In this document: in pieces, positions 1-8,950 of the stretch
How positions within the stretch are numbered: position 1 is the first letter of the stretch
How the letters are laid out: each line of letters opens with the position of its first letter
NCBI GenBank assembly: GCA_963796285.1
Contig: CAWCKW010000012.1
Span: 960,001-1,024,000, forward strand
DNA length: 64,000 nucleotides
DNA from: Nitrospirota bacterium
GTDB lineage: Bacteria; Nitrospirota; UBA9217
Direction of reading: 5' to 3'
Notes under the pieces: model-generated
Databases searched by the model: none
What the model was told of the DNA's origin: nothing
Seen by the model: the letters and a program-made list of their open reading frames with translations, nothing else
Translations under genes and position numbers: made by a program

Positions 1-282
1 ATCGGAGATCAGCATGTCCCGCGTTACCTTCTCGTCCTCGGACATGGGCACCAGACTGTTCACCCCGGGAGTGTCGATCACGAGGGTCTTTGTTTTATTC
101 AAGACCGCATTTCCATAAGTCACTTCCACCGTGGTGCCCGGATAATTGGAAACGGTAACATAGGTTCCCGTCAGAAGACCAAAAAGCGCGCTTTTGCCGA
201 CATTGGGATTGCCTATCAGAAGGACCTTATGTAAAGTGGAATCACGGTAACGATTTTCATTGCTAGACCCATGGTCATGCAT
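1..282 (-). CDS. feoB: Ferrous iron transporter FeoB, N-terminal GTPase domain (runs off the window edge)
   Basis: Manual translation MHDHGS...KVLLIGNPNVGKSALF...VSNYPGTTVE...DTPG shows the FeoB G1/G2/G3 motifs; directly downstream of fur. Confidence 0.9.
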   Translation of the reverse strand, partial: MHDHGSSNENRYRDSTLHKVLLIGNPNVGKSALFGLLTGTYVTVSNYPGTTVEVTYGNAVLNKTKTLVIDTPGVNSLVPMSEDEKVTRDMLISD

Positions 283-325
283 TATATGCACATCCTCACT
301 TTCAGTACTGGCTTCCGGATCCTGA

Positions 326-769
326 CTACTTGTTTTTCTTTCCCTGGCATCCAGCGCACAGGCCGTACAACTCCAACTTGTGACTCAGCACCTTGAAGCG
401 GTTCTTCCTGGCTACGTCCTGCTGGAGTGCCTCGATGCTTTCGTTCTCAAACTCGATGATGGCACCGCATCGCGTACAGATAAGATGATCATGGTGCGCG
501 TCCTGGCTCGCGTGCTCGTAGCGGGTAAACCCGTCCTCGAAACGCCGCTCCTGTGCAAGCCCCGCGTCGGCCAGAAGTTTCAGCGTCCGGTACACCGTGG
601 CATAGCCAATACCGGGGTGTGACTTCTTCACGCGGGCATAAAGCTCTTCGGCGCTCAGGTGTCGTCCAGCCTCCACGAAGACATTTAATATCGTATCCCG
701 CTGGCTCGTCGACTTAAGGTTTTTGGCGGCAAGATATTCACTCAGTTGTTCAGAAGGTTTTTTTAGCAT
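326..769 (-). CDS. fur: Ferric uptake regulator (Fur family)
   Basis: IGYATVYRTL, HHDHLICTRCG and C-terminal CxxC motifs; start moved to the ATG of MLKKP at 769. Confidence 0.93.
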   Translation of the reverse strand: MLKKPSEQLSEYLAAKNLKSTSQRDTILNVFVEAGRHLSAEELYARVKKSHPGIGYATVYRTLKLLADAGLAQERRFEDGFTRYEHASQDAHHDHLICTRCGAIIEFENESIEALQQDVARKNRFKVLSHKLELYGLCAGCQGKKNK

Positions 770-774
770 TATTT

Positions 775-793
775 GATATTGATAACCATTTTC
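775..793. promoter_or_regulatory. Fur box upstream of fur-feoB
   Basis: GATATTGATAACCATTTTC matches 16/19 of the Fur consensus GATAATGATAATCATTATC; 5 nt from the fur ATG; minus-strand TTGACA at 827-832. Confidence 0.8.
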
Positions 794-897
794 AATTGAA
801 GACTTTATACCATGGAGCGCATTCGCTGTCAAGCAGTATTATAACGGTTAATAAAATAGCTGCGCGTGGGATATGAATAGTATATTCATGGTTCCAT

Positions 898-933
898 CAA
901 AACAGCCCGCCCCGCAAACGCGGAGCGGGCTGT
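898..933 (-). terminator. Rho-independent terminator
   Basis: GACAGCCCGC...GCGGGCTGT hairpin followed by TTT on the minus strand, just after the TPR-SLH gene. Confidence 0.7.
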
Positions 934-942
934 CGCAAACTC

Positions 943-2094
943 TTAGAATTTGAGCTGGTTTTTGAACTCACGGATCGAGAGAAGCGCATCAGCCCCTGAA
1001 ACCGCGTCGCCCGGTTTGAATTCACCGGTGGCCTTATCGGCTTCAATGAATCCCCTCGAGGTAGCGATCATGGCGGCGTTGAAGAAATACTGATCATTCC
1101 TGACGTCAGAAAAAGGTGTTGTAGCTCCCAGAAACTTGGTGGCCAGTTTCTCGTCACCGGATACTTTGATCAGAATAGCTTCAAGCATAAGGGCGAACTC
1201 ACTTTTTGATATGAGCCTGTCAGGGTCGAATGTGTGGTTCGGTCCCGCTCCGAGACCGCGGATCTGGAGTTTGAGCACCAAATCGATGCTCGCCTTGAGC
1301 CAATGGTCCGCAATGTCCGTCGCTGCCTCCATCTTGATGACCTTTTCGGTCTGCGTGGCTGTGGAAGCATCTGTCGAGGCCTTGAATGAAGTATCATAGT
1401 TCTTGACGCCTCGTTTGGTGATGAGCTTTTCGAGGTTCATTTCTTGGTCAAAGAGCGCGGCAATATCGGCCCGGTCAATTTTGTCGACGAGGGCGATCTT
1501 CTTACCGATCTCGGTCCCCGGCGCTGCGCGCTGGATCTTCTGGATCAATGCCCATTCGGCATTGGCATCGCCGGTGAACTCCTTATTTATATCAATGACC
1601 TTATGAAACATCTTGGCGGCCTTGTCAAAATCAAGCGCAACCTTGTATGCCATCCCCATGAAATAATGGAGCCACGCACTGTTCGGATCTTTTTTCTGTG
1701 CGGCCTTGAACTCGCTTTCCGCGTCAGACATCCAGTCTTTTGCCCGCTGCATGCTCAAGAGTCTGATCATACCGATGTTGGCTTCAATACCGGGATCAAG
1801 TCCTTTGGCCTTTGACATGTTTTCGAGAGCGGGGTTAAACTCACCCTTCGTGCCGAAAGCCAATCCCTTGCCGATATACCCGCGCGAAAACGTGGGGTCG
1901 AGCGCGATGGCCCTGTCAAAGGACTTCATGGCATCGTCAATATGATCGCTGTCGAGATACTTTAATCCGTTTCTGTAATGATATTCGGGCGAGTCCATCA
2001 CCGACGTAGGGGGCGCTATCTTCCTACCGCATCCAGCAACCACAAGAACCAGGGCCGCCATAAGCACTATAAGACGTTTAATCTGAATTAACAA
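943..2094 (-). CDS. Lipoprotein with TPR repeats and C-terminal S-layer-homology-like domains
   Basis: Lipobox VAGC; TPR motifs; SLH-like segments DIADHW...FDPDRLISKSEFA and FSDV...FKPGDAVSGADA. Confidence 0.75.
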   Translation of the reverse strand: MLIQIKRLIVLMAALVLVVAGCGRKIAPPTSVMDSPEYHYRNGLKYLDSDHIDDAMKSFDRAIALDPTFSRGYIGKGLAFGTKGEFNPALENMSKAKGLDPGIEANIGMIRLLSMQRAKDWMSDAESEFKAAQKKDPNSAWLHYFMGMAYKVALDFDKAAKMFHKVIDINKEFTGDANAEWALIQKIQRAAPGTEIGKKIALVDKIDRADIAALFDQEMNLEKLITKRGVKNYDTSFKASTDASTATQTEKVIKMEAATDIADHWLKASIDLVLKLQIRGLGAGPNHTFDPDRLISKSEFALMLEAILIKVSGDEKLATKFLGATTPFSDVRNDQYFFNAAMIATSRGFIEADKATGEFKPGDAVSGADALLSIREFKNQLKF

Positions 2095-2176
2095 AACCTA
2101 GCTCCGATCGGTAATCAATTTTGAGAAGCGGAGCATCCCGATACTCCGGATAGTACGGACGGTGCGATCGCTCATG

Positions 2177-3037
2177 TTAATCCACCAAAATAATGACCCT
2201 GCACTTCTGGAGCATACTCAGGTTTTCTGAAGCGCTATGCAGCATGGCTGCGTCCGCATTAGTGATGACCATGTCCACTCTCGCGTCTCCCGCAACCTTC
2301 AGTGCCTTTACCATGAGGGGTTTATCCGTTACCCGGGGGTTCGTTTGTGCCTGGACAGGGTCTTTGAGATAGCCGGCCATGCCCTCGCGTACAGCGTAAT
2401 CCCTGCTGATCAATGCGGAACCGTAGACTTCCTTTCCGTCTTCATTCAGGATCTTCGGTGCCATAGCAGGCTTGACGCCGAGTCCCCGTGCGTCCACAAT
2501 GAGACCGGTATACAGTTGTCCCGGAGAAGCAGGCGTGATGGTGCCGGGAAGACCGGTTGGAGGCGTCGGCGAGGTCTTCGGGAGGAGCGTGTCGGCAAGC
2601 GCGCCGGTGAGCCTCGTTCCTATCGTCACTTCGACAGATCCATCGGACATGTACTTCTTGTCCATGATCGTGGCTCCCTGAATAATACCGTTCACCTCTG
2701 TCCTGATCACATCGCTCGTGGTGATGAAGTTCTCAACCGTGGTTGTGGAATCGACCCGTACACCTTTCACTGCTTCGAGCAGGTTTCGATACGCGACCAC
2801 TTGCGCGGCCCGTTCAGTCATGGCCCTCGCCTGCGCCGAGTTGGCAGGTTGAGCCGGCGGAGCGCCGATACCGACCGCGGTGATCACTCCCGTTGTCCAA
2901 TCCACTTTACCGGAGGAACCCACCGGCTGCTCTACATCCTTGATCGTGCCCGGAAGCTGCGCTGATGAGCTTCCTGCAATACATGCGAAAACGGTTAAGG
3001 CGATTATCACGAAAGCTATAGACCTTTTATTGAACAT
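2177..3037 (-). CDS. LPP20-family exported protein
   Basis: Signal peptide; ARAMTERAAQVVAYRNLLEAVKGVRVDS and YTGLIVDARG motifs. Confidence 0.7.
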   Translation of the reverse strand: MFNKRSIAFVIIALTVFACIAGSSSAQLPGTIKDVEQPVGSSGKVDWTTGVITAVGIGAPPAQPANSAQARAMTERAAQVVAYRNLLEAVKGVRVDSTTTVENFITTSDVIRTEVNGIIQGATIMDKKYMSDGSVEVTIGTRLTGALADTLLPKTSPTPPTGLPGTITPASPGQLYTGLIVDARGLGVKPAMAPKILNEDGKEVYGSALISRDYAVREGMAGYLKDPVQAQTNPRVTDKPLMVKALKVAGDARVDMVITNADAAMLHSASENLSMLQKCRVIILVD

Positions 3038-3317
3038 ATTAAACCTCCCTCGATAATTTGCTAAGACTCAGAATAGATAAATCCAGGATGCAAAATAGAT
3101 TTACCCTTCACTTCCTAAAATAATATATTTACAGCAAAATAATAATTTATCAATGAATGGTCGTTATGATCAGGGTAATTTTCACCCAGCGGTCAGGTAT
3201 GACAAAAAAAGAAGTCAAAACAAGATATGATAAATGTACGGCAGACTATACCCAATCAAGGGATAATTGTCAAGATTGCCAAATCGTTCATGGCTGCATG
3301 AATACAGATCAAGCCTA

Positions 3318-4040
3318 TTACAGTGCCCTCGCAAGCGTGAACGCCGTCACCTGCGCAGCCCCCGCCTGCTTGAGAACCGAAGCACATTCGTTCATCGTAG
3401 CGCCGGTGGTAAACACGTCATCAACAAGGACCACACTCCTGTCCACAACTTCTCCGGGCTTTCGGAGAGCAAAAGCGCCCGCCACATTCTGTACCCGCTC
3501 CGCTCCTGTCAGTTCCACCTGAGGCCGGGTAGGCCTTGACCGGTACAGGTTGTCGCAGGAGCACGGGATATGGTGCGCTTCGCTCATTCGGTGCGCGAGA
3601 AGGAGCGCCTGATTGAAGCCGCGTTGTCTGAGTCTTTTAGTATGGAGAGGGACGGGCATAATGATGTCGATGTCCGAAACCAGACGGACGTTCGTTGACA
3701 TCCATTCGCCAAGCGGTCTTCCGAGAGATCTGCATGGCCGGTATTTGAACTGGTGCACCGCCTCGCGCAACGAACCCTCAAAATACCCGATCGACAAAGC
3801 CTGATCGAACAAAGGAGGCTCCCGCCTGCATGCAAGGCACATATGCGCGGGACTGCTGCTCAACGCCTCGGGCGAATCAAACGGCCTGCCGCAGCGCGGG
3901 CACAGGGGCCCCTGAATGGGGGTGAAATCAGACCAGCAGGTGGAACAGAAAAAAGGGATATTGGAATCGCCGACCCTGCCATTGCAAAAGGAACATGAGG
4001 TTGGAAGTATGATATCCAGAATACGCCTGAAAATATGCAT
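3318..4040 (-). CDS. comF: ComF family protein (double zinc ribbon plus PRTase domain)
   Basis: CxxC pairs, RGFNQ, VLVDDVFTTGAT. Confidence 0.9.
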   Translation of the reverse strand: MHIFRRILDIILPTSCSFCNGRVGDSNIPFFCSTCWSDFTPIQGPLCPRCGRPFDSPEALSSSPAHMCLACRREPPLFDQALSIGYFEGSLREAVHQFKYRPCRSLGRPLGEWMSTNVRLVSDIDIIMPVPLHTKRLRQRGFNQALLLAHRMSEAHHIPCSCDNLYRSRPTRPQVELTGAERVQNVAGAFALRKPGEVVDRSVVLVDDVFTTGATMNECASVLKQAGAAQVTAFTLARAL

Positions 4041-4206
4041 AATACCTCAAGGTAGTTACAACCACATTTCAAATCTCAATGTAATCGGGCACTCTCGCGG
4101 ACCAGTGTCCTCAGTCAATCACGGATCGGTTCTGAGAGAGGTTCTGGTTTTTGGTTCAACACCATGTCAGCGATAGAGGCAATCAGGGAGGTAGCGAGTA
4201 TTTGAC

Positions 4207-5745
4207 TCAAATCATGAGGCTCTTGCCGGTCATTTCAGAGGGAATGTCGATGCCCATAAGGTCGAGCACCGTCGGAGCAACATCGGCAAGGATCCCCGCG
4301 TCCCTGAGCTGAATATTCTTTTGAACAATAATGAAAGGTACGGGATCGGTCGTGTGTGCGGTAAGCGGCTGGCCGGTCGAGGAATCAAGCATGATCTCAA
4401 CATTGCCATGGTCCGCGGTGATGACCACCACCATCCCCTCTTCCCGCGCCGCGGTCAGCACGCGACCCAGGCATTCGTCGATCACTTCCACGGCCTTGAC
4501 AGCGGCATCGATCACCCCTGTGTGGCCGACCATGTCCGGATTTGCGTAATTAACGAGAATAAAACCAAACTGGCGCGACGTGATATGCTCAACGAGCTTA
4601 TCTGTTATCTCACGCGCGCTCATCTCCGGTTTTAAATCGTACGTGGGAACATCGCGAGTTGACGGCACCAGCACCCGCTCTTCCAGAGAAAACGGTCGCT
4701 CTTCCCCCCCGTTGAAGAAAAAGGTGACGTGGGCAAATTTTTCGGTCTCGGCAATGCGGAGCTGCCGTATCCCGTTCGCGTTCAGGACTTCTCCAAGAAT
4801 GTGCGTGAGCCGCACAGGCCCAAAGGCCACCGGCAGATCAAAGACCTCGTCATAGGTCGTAAGACAAACAAAGGATGAAAGCGTCGGTACCTGGAGCCTT
4901 TTGAAACCCTGGAACTCCGGGTCCGTCAGCGCCCGGGTGATCTCACGGGCCCTGTCGGACCGGAAGTTGCAGAAGATGACCGCGTCGTTGTTCCGGATCG
5001 TGGCAATATGCTTGTTCGTTTTCGCATCGAGCAGAGACGTCGGGAGCACGAACTCATCAGTTTTGCTGTGTTCATAGCTCTGCTGGACCGCCTCGAGAGC
5101 GGAATATTTTCTTATTCCCTCTCCCACGACCATGGCCTCGTACGCCTTTTGGACCCTTTCCCAGCGTTTATCGCGGTCCATGGCATAGTATCGTCCTGAA
5201 ACCGAGGCGATCCTCCCGATGCCTATCTTGGCAAAATAGTTCTCGAGTTGGGTGATGTATTTGAGAGCGCTTGATGGCGGTGTGTCCCTGCCATCCAGGA
5301 ATGCGTGGAAAAAAACGTTTGTAATCCCCCGGGCCTTTGCCAGATCGAACATTGCGAAAATATGGTCCATCCGGCTGTGCACACCGCCGTCCGAGAGAAG
5401 CCCCATCAGGTGAAGATTCGCTCCGGCCTGTTTGACGGACTCCATCGCCGAAATCAGCACCGGATTTTTAAAGAACTCACCGTCCCTGATCGCCTTGCTG
5501 ATCCGCGTCGAGTCCTGGTAAACGATCCTGCCTGCGCCGAGGTTCAAGTGACCCACCTCGGAATTCCCCATTTGTCCCTCGGGAAGGCCGACTGCTTCGC
5601 CCGATGCCTGGAGCGCAGCATGCGGGTAATCGCTCATCAGCCTGGAATAGACCGGCGTCTTTGCAGAGGCGATGGCGTTCCCTTGTTTATTTGTGTTGAT
5701 GCCCCACCCGTCGAGGACCAGCAGCACTACCCGCTTGCTTGACAT
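4207..5745 (-). CDS. gpmI: 2,3-bisphosphoglycerate-independent phosphoglycerate mutase
   Basis: LDGWG, GQMGNSEVGH, DMVGHTG and TADHGN motifs. Confidence 0.97.
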   Translation of the reverse strand: MSSKRVVLLVLDGWGINTNKQGNAIASAKTPVYSRLMSDYPHAALQASGEAVGLPEGQMGNSEVGHLNLGAGRIVYQDSTRISKAIRDGEFFKNPVLISAMESVKQAGANLHLMGLLSDGGVHSRMDHIFAMFDLAKARGITNVFFHAFLDGRDTPPSSALKYITQLENYFAKIGIGRIASVSGRYYAMDRDKRWERVQKAYEAMVVGEGIRKYSALEAVQQSYEHSKTDEFVLPTSLLDAKTNKHIATIRNNDAVIFCNFRSDRAREITRALTDPEFQGFKRLQVPTLSSFVCLTTYDEVFDLPVAFGPVRLTHILGEVLNANGIRQLRIAETEKFAHVTFFFNGGEERPFSLEERVLVPSTRDVPTYDLKPEMSAREITDKLVEHITSRQFGFILVNYANPDMVGHTGVIDAAVKAVEVIDECLGRVLTAAREEGMVVVITADHGNVEIMLDSSTGQPLTAHTTDPVPFIIVQKNIQLRDAGILADVAPTVLDLMGIDIPSEMTGKSLMI

Positions 5746-5762
5746 TCAAAAGCCTCTTCTCA

Positions 5763-5826
5763 AGGAGCCAGGAGACAGGATTCAGAACTCAGGATAATAA
5801 TTGATATATTCTGACCTCTAACTTCT
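5763..5826. repeat. Bipartite heptamer repeat element (AGGAGYC-like arm / TCTGACY-like arm)
   Basis: aggagcc-aggagac-aggattc-agaactc, an AT spacer, then ttctgacc-tctaact-tcta. Confidence 0.6.
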
Positions 5827-5849
5827 ACCGTCTGGCTGCTCTTACCAGG

Positions 5850-7157
5850 TTAACAGTTTTTTTCGAGATTGACACCGAAGGTGTTCCACTTACCGCAGTT
5901 CGGGCACCGGCCTGACCAGTCGGTGGTCCTGAGATCGCAGTTCGAGCAGACGAAGGGAATGATGATCTGCTTCTTGAAGCCAAGGGCCTTTTTGAACTCG
6001 GACGCGGCAAGACCAAGAGAGCCGCGGCGCAGATAGATATTGCCGAGCAGTTTGTGCATGTCGGGAAATTCCTTGTCCCCCCAGTCCACAGTGGAGAGGA
6101 TGTCGAATGCCTCATCGATCATCTCAAGTCGGTAGTATAGTTTCCCCAGAAAGAATTTAAGCCTGATGTCCTGAGGCTTCCAGTTGACCGCCTGGGTATA
6201 AAGCTCAATGGCCTTGCCTGGTTCACCCTGTTTCAGGTAAAGGTCCTCCAGACGGTGCAGCAACAGGACCGATAACGTCATTTTGTACGCCTTATCCCAC
6301 AGCTCGGCTGCATCCTTGACCTTGCCCTCATCAAGGTATATCTCGCCCAGGCCGAGGTACGCGGGAATAAAATCCTTGTCCAGCTTGATCACGCCCCGGA
6401 ATATCTTTTTCCCCCGCTCTAGATCACCCGTTTCAAGGAGCGAGCGGCCGAGCTCATACTTGAAACCAACCAGTTTGCGATGCTCGACCTCCTGTTCCGA
6501 AGGGGTGAGGGGATTAGCAACCAATTTGCGCTGCGCCTCGTATAAATTCTCCCATTGGTTCAGCCTTTGGTAGAGATCGCGCATCTTGATCAATGCGGTG
6601 AGGTTGGATGAATCCTTGGACAGGATGTTCTGGTACCTTCCGAGTGCGTCATCATATTGTTTCGCTTCTTCATAGTCCGTTGCAAGCGAGAACATGACTT
6701 CCTGGTTGTCGTTCTCCAGACTCAAGGCCTTCTGGTGGAGCAGGATGGCCTCCTGCGGGTTCTTTTCGCGGAGCTGGCAGATCCCCATGCGCAGGAGCGT
6801 GTCCACATGGTTTGGATCAATAGCGAGCACTTTCTGAAAAAAACGGATCGCCTCGGAATTCCGTTTGGCAAGCAATGAGTTCAACCCCTTGGTATAGAGG
6901 TCCTGGACCTTGAGCCGTTTTTTTTGTTCACGCTGGACCCGAAGGCCGCGCAGGAATCGTTTGACGTCTCTCAGCAGATAGAGAAGGAATACGATCCCGG
7001 CGCCGACGGCCAGGGACAAGAGGAAGAAGCTCGATTTCGAGATCTCGTAGGACTTGGAAGGGAGAAGGTTGACCGTGATCATCCCCTGATTGAACTCCCT
7101 CAAGGCTGTTATGAATATCACTACGGCGATCAACAAAATGGTGACGATGAATCTCAT
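5850..7157 (-). CDS. lapB: LapB/YciM-like TPR protein with LapA-like N-terminus and C-terminal rubredoxin motif
   Basis: Two N-terminal TM segments, many TPRs, CSNC...WSGRCPNCGKW. Confidence 0.75.
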   Translation of the reverse strand: MRFIVTILLIAVVIFITALREFNQGMITVNLLPSKSYEISKSSFFLLSLAVGAGIVFLLYLLRDVKRFLRGLRVQREQKKRLKVQDLYTKGLNSLLAKRNSEAIRFFQKVLAIDPNHVDTLLRMGICQLREKNPQEAILLHQKALSLENDNQEVMFSLATDYEEAKQYDDALGRYQNILSKDSSNLTALIKMRDLYQRLNQWENLYEAQRKLVANPLTPSEQEVEHRKLVGFKYELGRSLLETGDLERGKKIFRGVIKLDKDFIPAYLGLGEIYLDEGKVKDAAELWDKAYKMTLSVLLLHRLEDLYLKQGEPGKAIELYTQAVNWKPQDIRLKFFLGKLYYRLEMIDEAFDILSTVDWGDKEFPDMHKLLGNIYLRRGSLGLAASEFKKALGFKKQIIIPFVCSNCDLRTTDWSGRCPNCGKWNTFGVNLEKNC

Positions 7158-7243
7158 CCACGGTCCTTTCTCTTAACAGGTTATACGGCTGATACGGGAT
7201 ATACTGAAATCAATAATAAGAAAATCGTGATAAATCGTAGTTA

Positions 7244-7319
7244 ACCGCAGAGTCGCGGAGGGCGCGGAGGAAACCCTATAGTGTTAATTTTTTTCTCAGC
7301 GTCTCGGCGTCTCTGCGGT
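7244..7319. repeat. 9-mer-unit inverted repeat element (ACCGCAGAG ... CTCTGCGGT)
   Basis: accgcagag-tcgcggagg-gcgcggagg ... ctcagcgt-ctcggcgt-ctctgcggt; the terminal 9-mers are exact reverse complements. Confidence 0.75.
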
Positions 7320-7343
7320 AGATGATGACTTTTTACGCGATCA

Positions 7344-7814
7344 TCAATAATGATAGGTCTTCCCTTTTATGATCGTGAACGCCCGGTACAGCTGTTCAAG
7401 CAGCACCAACCTCGCCATCTCGTGGGTCAGCGTCCAGCGCGACATGGCGATCGTCTTGTTTGCGCGCCCGGTAACGCTCTCATCCAGCCCCAGGGCGCCG
7501 CCGACCACGAACACCATGTCCCTGACACCGGACTCGAGCGCGTTGTTCATAAAATCCGCAAACTCGTGCGAGGTGAATTCCTGTCCGCGTTCGTCCAGTG
7601 CCACAAGGAATGCGTTCGCCGGGACTGACTTGAAGATCTTCTCCGCCTCTTTCTTCCTGATCAGGGGAGCGTCCTTGAGGTCATGGATCTTCTCTTCTTT
7701 TAGGTCCTTGAACTCACTATCCGCATAATGCTTCAGGTATCCGGAATACTTTGCGATTCCGTCCTGGATGAACCGTTCTCTGGTCTTCCCCATGCAGATG
7801 ATGGTCAATCTCAT
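7344..7814 (-). CDS. rlmH: 23S rRNA pseudouridine-1915 N3-methyltransferase
   Basis: LDERG, FVVGGALG, HEMARLVLLEQLYRA...YH. Confidence 0.95.
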   Translation of the reverse strand: MRLTIICMGKTRERFIQDGIAKYSGYLKHYADSEFKDLKEEKIHDLKDAPLIRKKEAEKIFKSVPANAFLVALDERGQEFTSHEFADFMNNALESGVRDMVFVVGGALGLDESVTGRANKTIAMSRWTLTHEMARLVLLEQLYRAFTIIKGKTYHY

Positions 7815-8188
7815 GAAGCTGCGCCCAGCAACTCCCTTGGCCGAATGGCAACAGGTATCCGCGGCGCCTCGCCCCAGAGTTTTTCAAGGCTGTAATAGGT
7901 CCTGGTCTGCTCTTCGAAGACATGCACGACCACATCACCGTAGTCCAGGAGCACCCAGCTGGCCTCTGTCGCCCCTTCCACATGTGAATAATGGATGCCG
8001 GCCTTTGCAAGGGCATAGCCGATGCTGTCGGCAATAGCACTCACCTGCGTGGTATTACTCCCTGAACAGATGACGAAATAATCGGCGATAACGGTGAACT
8101 CGCGGATATCGAGTATCAGGATATCGAACGCCTTTTTATCTTCCGCGCCCTCGGCGCAGAGCTGCGCGGTTTCCAGTGCATTAACCAT
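7811..8188 (-). CDS. rsfS: Ribosome silencing factor RsfS
   Basis: DKKA, DYFVICSG, WVLLDYGDVVVHVF, YYSLEKLW. Confidence 0.95.
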   Translation of the reverse strand: MVNALETAQLCAEGAEDKKAFDILILDIREFTVIADYFVICSGSNTTQVSAIADSIGYALAKAGIHYSHVEGATEASWVLLDYGDVVVHVFEEQTRTYYSLEKLWGEAPRIPVAIRPRELLGAAS

Positions 8189-8840
8189 ATAACCTCTTGT
8201 TCATTATATAGATTTCAACTGCCTCAGGCAAGTGATATTTGATACTTCTACCCTCTTTGACCCTCTCTCGGATGCCCGTCGATGATATGTCGTACAGGGG
8301 GACCGTCTCAAGGACGATGGTAAACGCGCCCGACCTGATCAATGCGCGCTTCATATCGCCCCGGTCCAAGGCCATCAGCTCTTTTTCGGCACTTCTCATA
8401 AAGTCGATCTTCATCATGTCGGTAAAGAGGTATCCCGGCCTCGGCAACACCACAAAACAGCACAGGGTCAGAAGCGTCTCCCACTCATGCCAGGTCTGGA
8501 TCTCGAGGAACGTATCCAGGCCGGTGATAAAGTAGAGTTCCGCGCCGGGATATGTATGGCGGAGCGCCTTGATCGTATCAATAGTGTAGGACGTCCCTCC
8601 GCGCTTGATCTCGAGGTCCGATGGTTCGAAATGAGCATTGCCCGATATCGCGAGCCGTACCATTTCCATTCGTTGGGCAGCGGAAGGAACATCTTCTTCA
8701 AGCTTATGAGGCGGAAGATACGAAGGGATGAACAGTACCCGGTCCAGTTTCAGCCGATCCCGGACCTCTTCAGCCGCGGCAAGGTGGCCGTAGTGGATGG
8801 GGTTGAATGTACCGCCGAGAATGCCCAGTTTCTGTGACAA
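8181..8840 (-). CDS. nadD: Nicotinate-nucleotide adenylyltransferase
   Basis: GGTFNPIHYGH and ISST motifs; TTG start at 8840 preceded by GGAGG (the longer track ORF runs into a repeat). Confidence 0.93.
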   Translation of the reverse strand: MSQKLGILGGTFNPIHYGHLAAAEEVRDRLKLDRVLFIPSYLPPHKLEEDVPSAAQRMEMVRLAISGNAHFEPSDLEIKRGGTSYTIDTIKALRHTYPGAELYFITGLDTFLEIQTWHEWETLLTLCCFVVLPRPGYLFTDMMKIDFMRSAEKELMALDRGDMKRALIRSGAFTIVLETVPLYDISSTGIRERVKEGRSIKYHLPEAVEIYIMNKRLYG

Positions 8841-8860
8841 ACGACCTCCGGTTTTTTCAA

Positions 8861-8950
8861 TTGCGGATTTCGGAATTCGGATTGCGGAAAAAAAGGCAAC
8901 TGACAATCGCCTGATTCAATCCGCAAATCTGCAATCCGCAATCCAAAATT
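8861..8950. repeat. Bipartite heptamer inverted repeat (TTGCGGA-like / TCCGCAA-like)
   Basis: ttgcgga-tttcgga-attcgga-ttgcgga ... tccgcaa-atctgca-atccgca-atccaaa between proA and nadD. Confidence 0.8.

Noticed and set aside
8841-8906. N-terminal extension of NadD (MSVAFFSAIRIPKSAI)
   Set aside because: It is translated heptamer repeat; a GGAGG-TTG start at 8840 fits better.
8861-8950. Tandem repeats as a CRISPR array
   Set aside because: Units are 7-9 nt with no unique spacers, and there are no cas genes.
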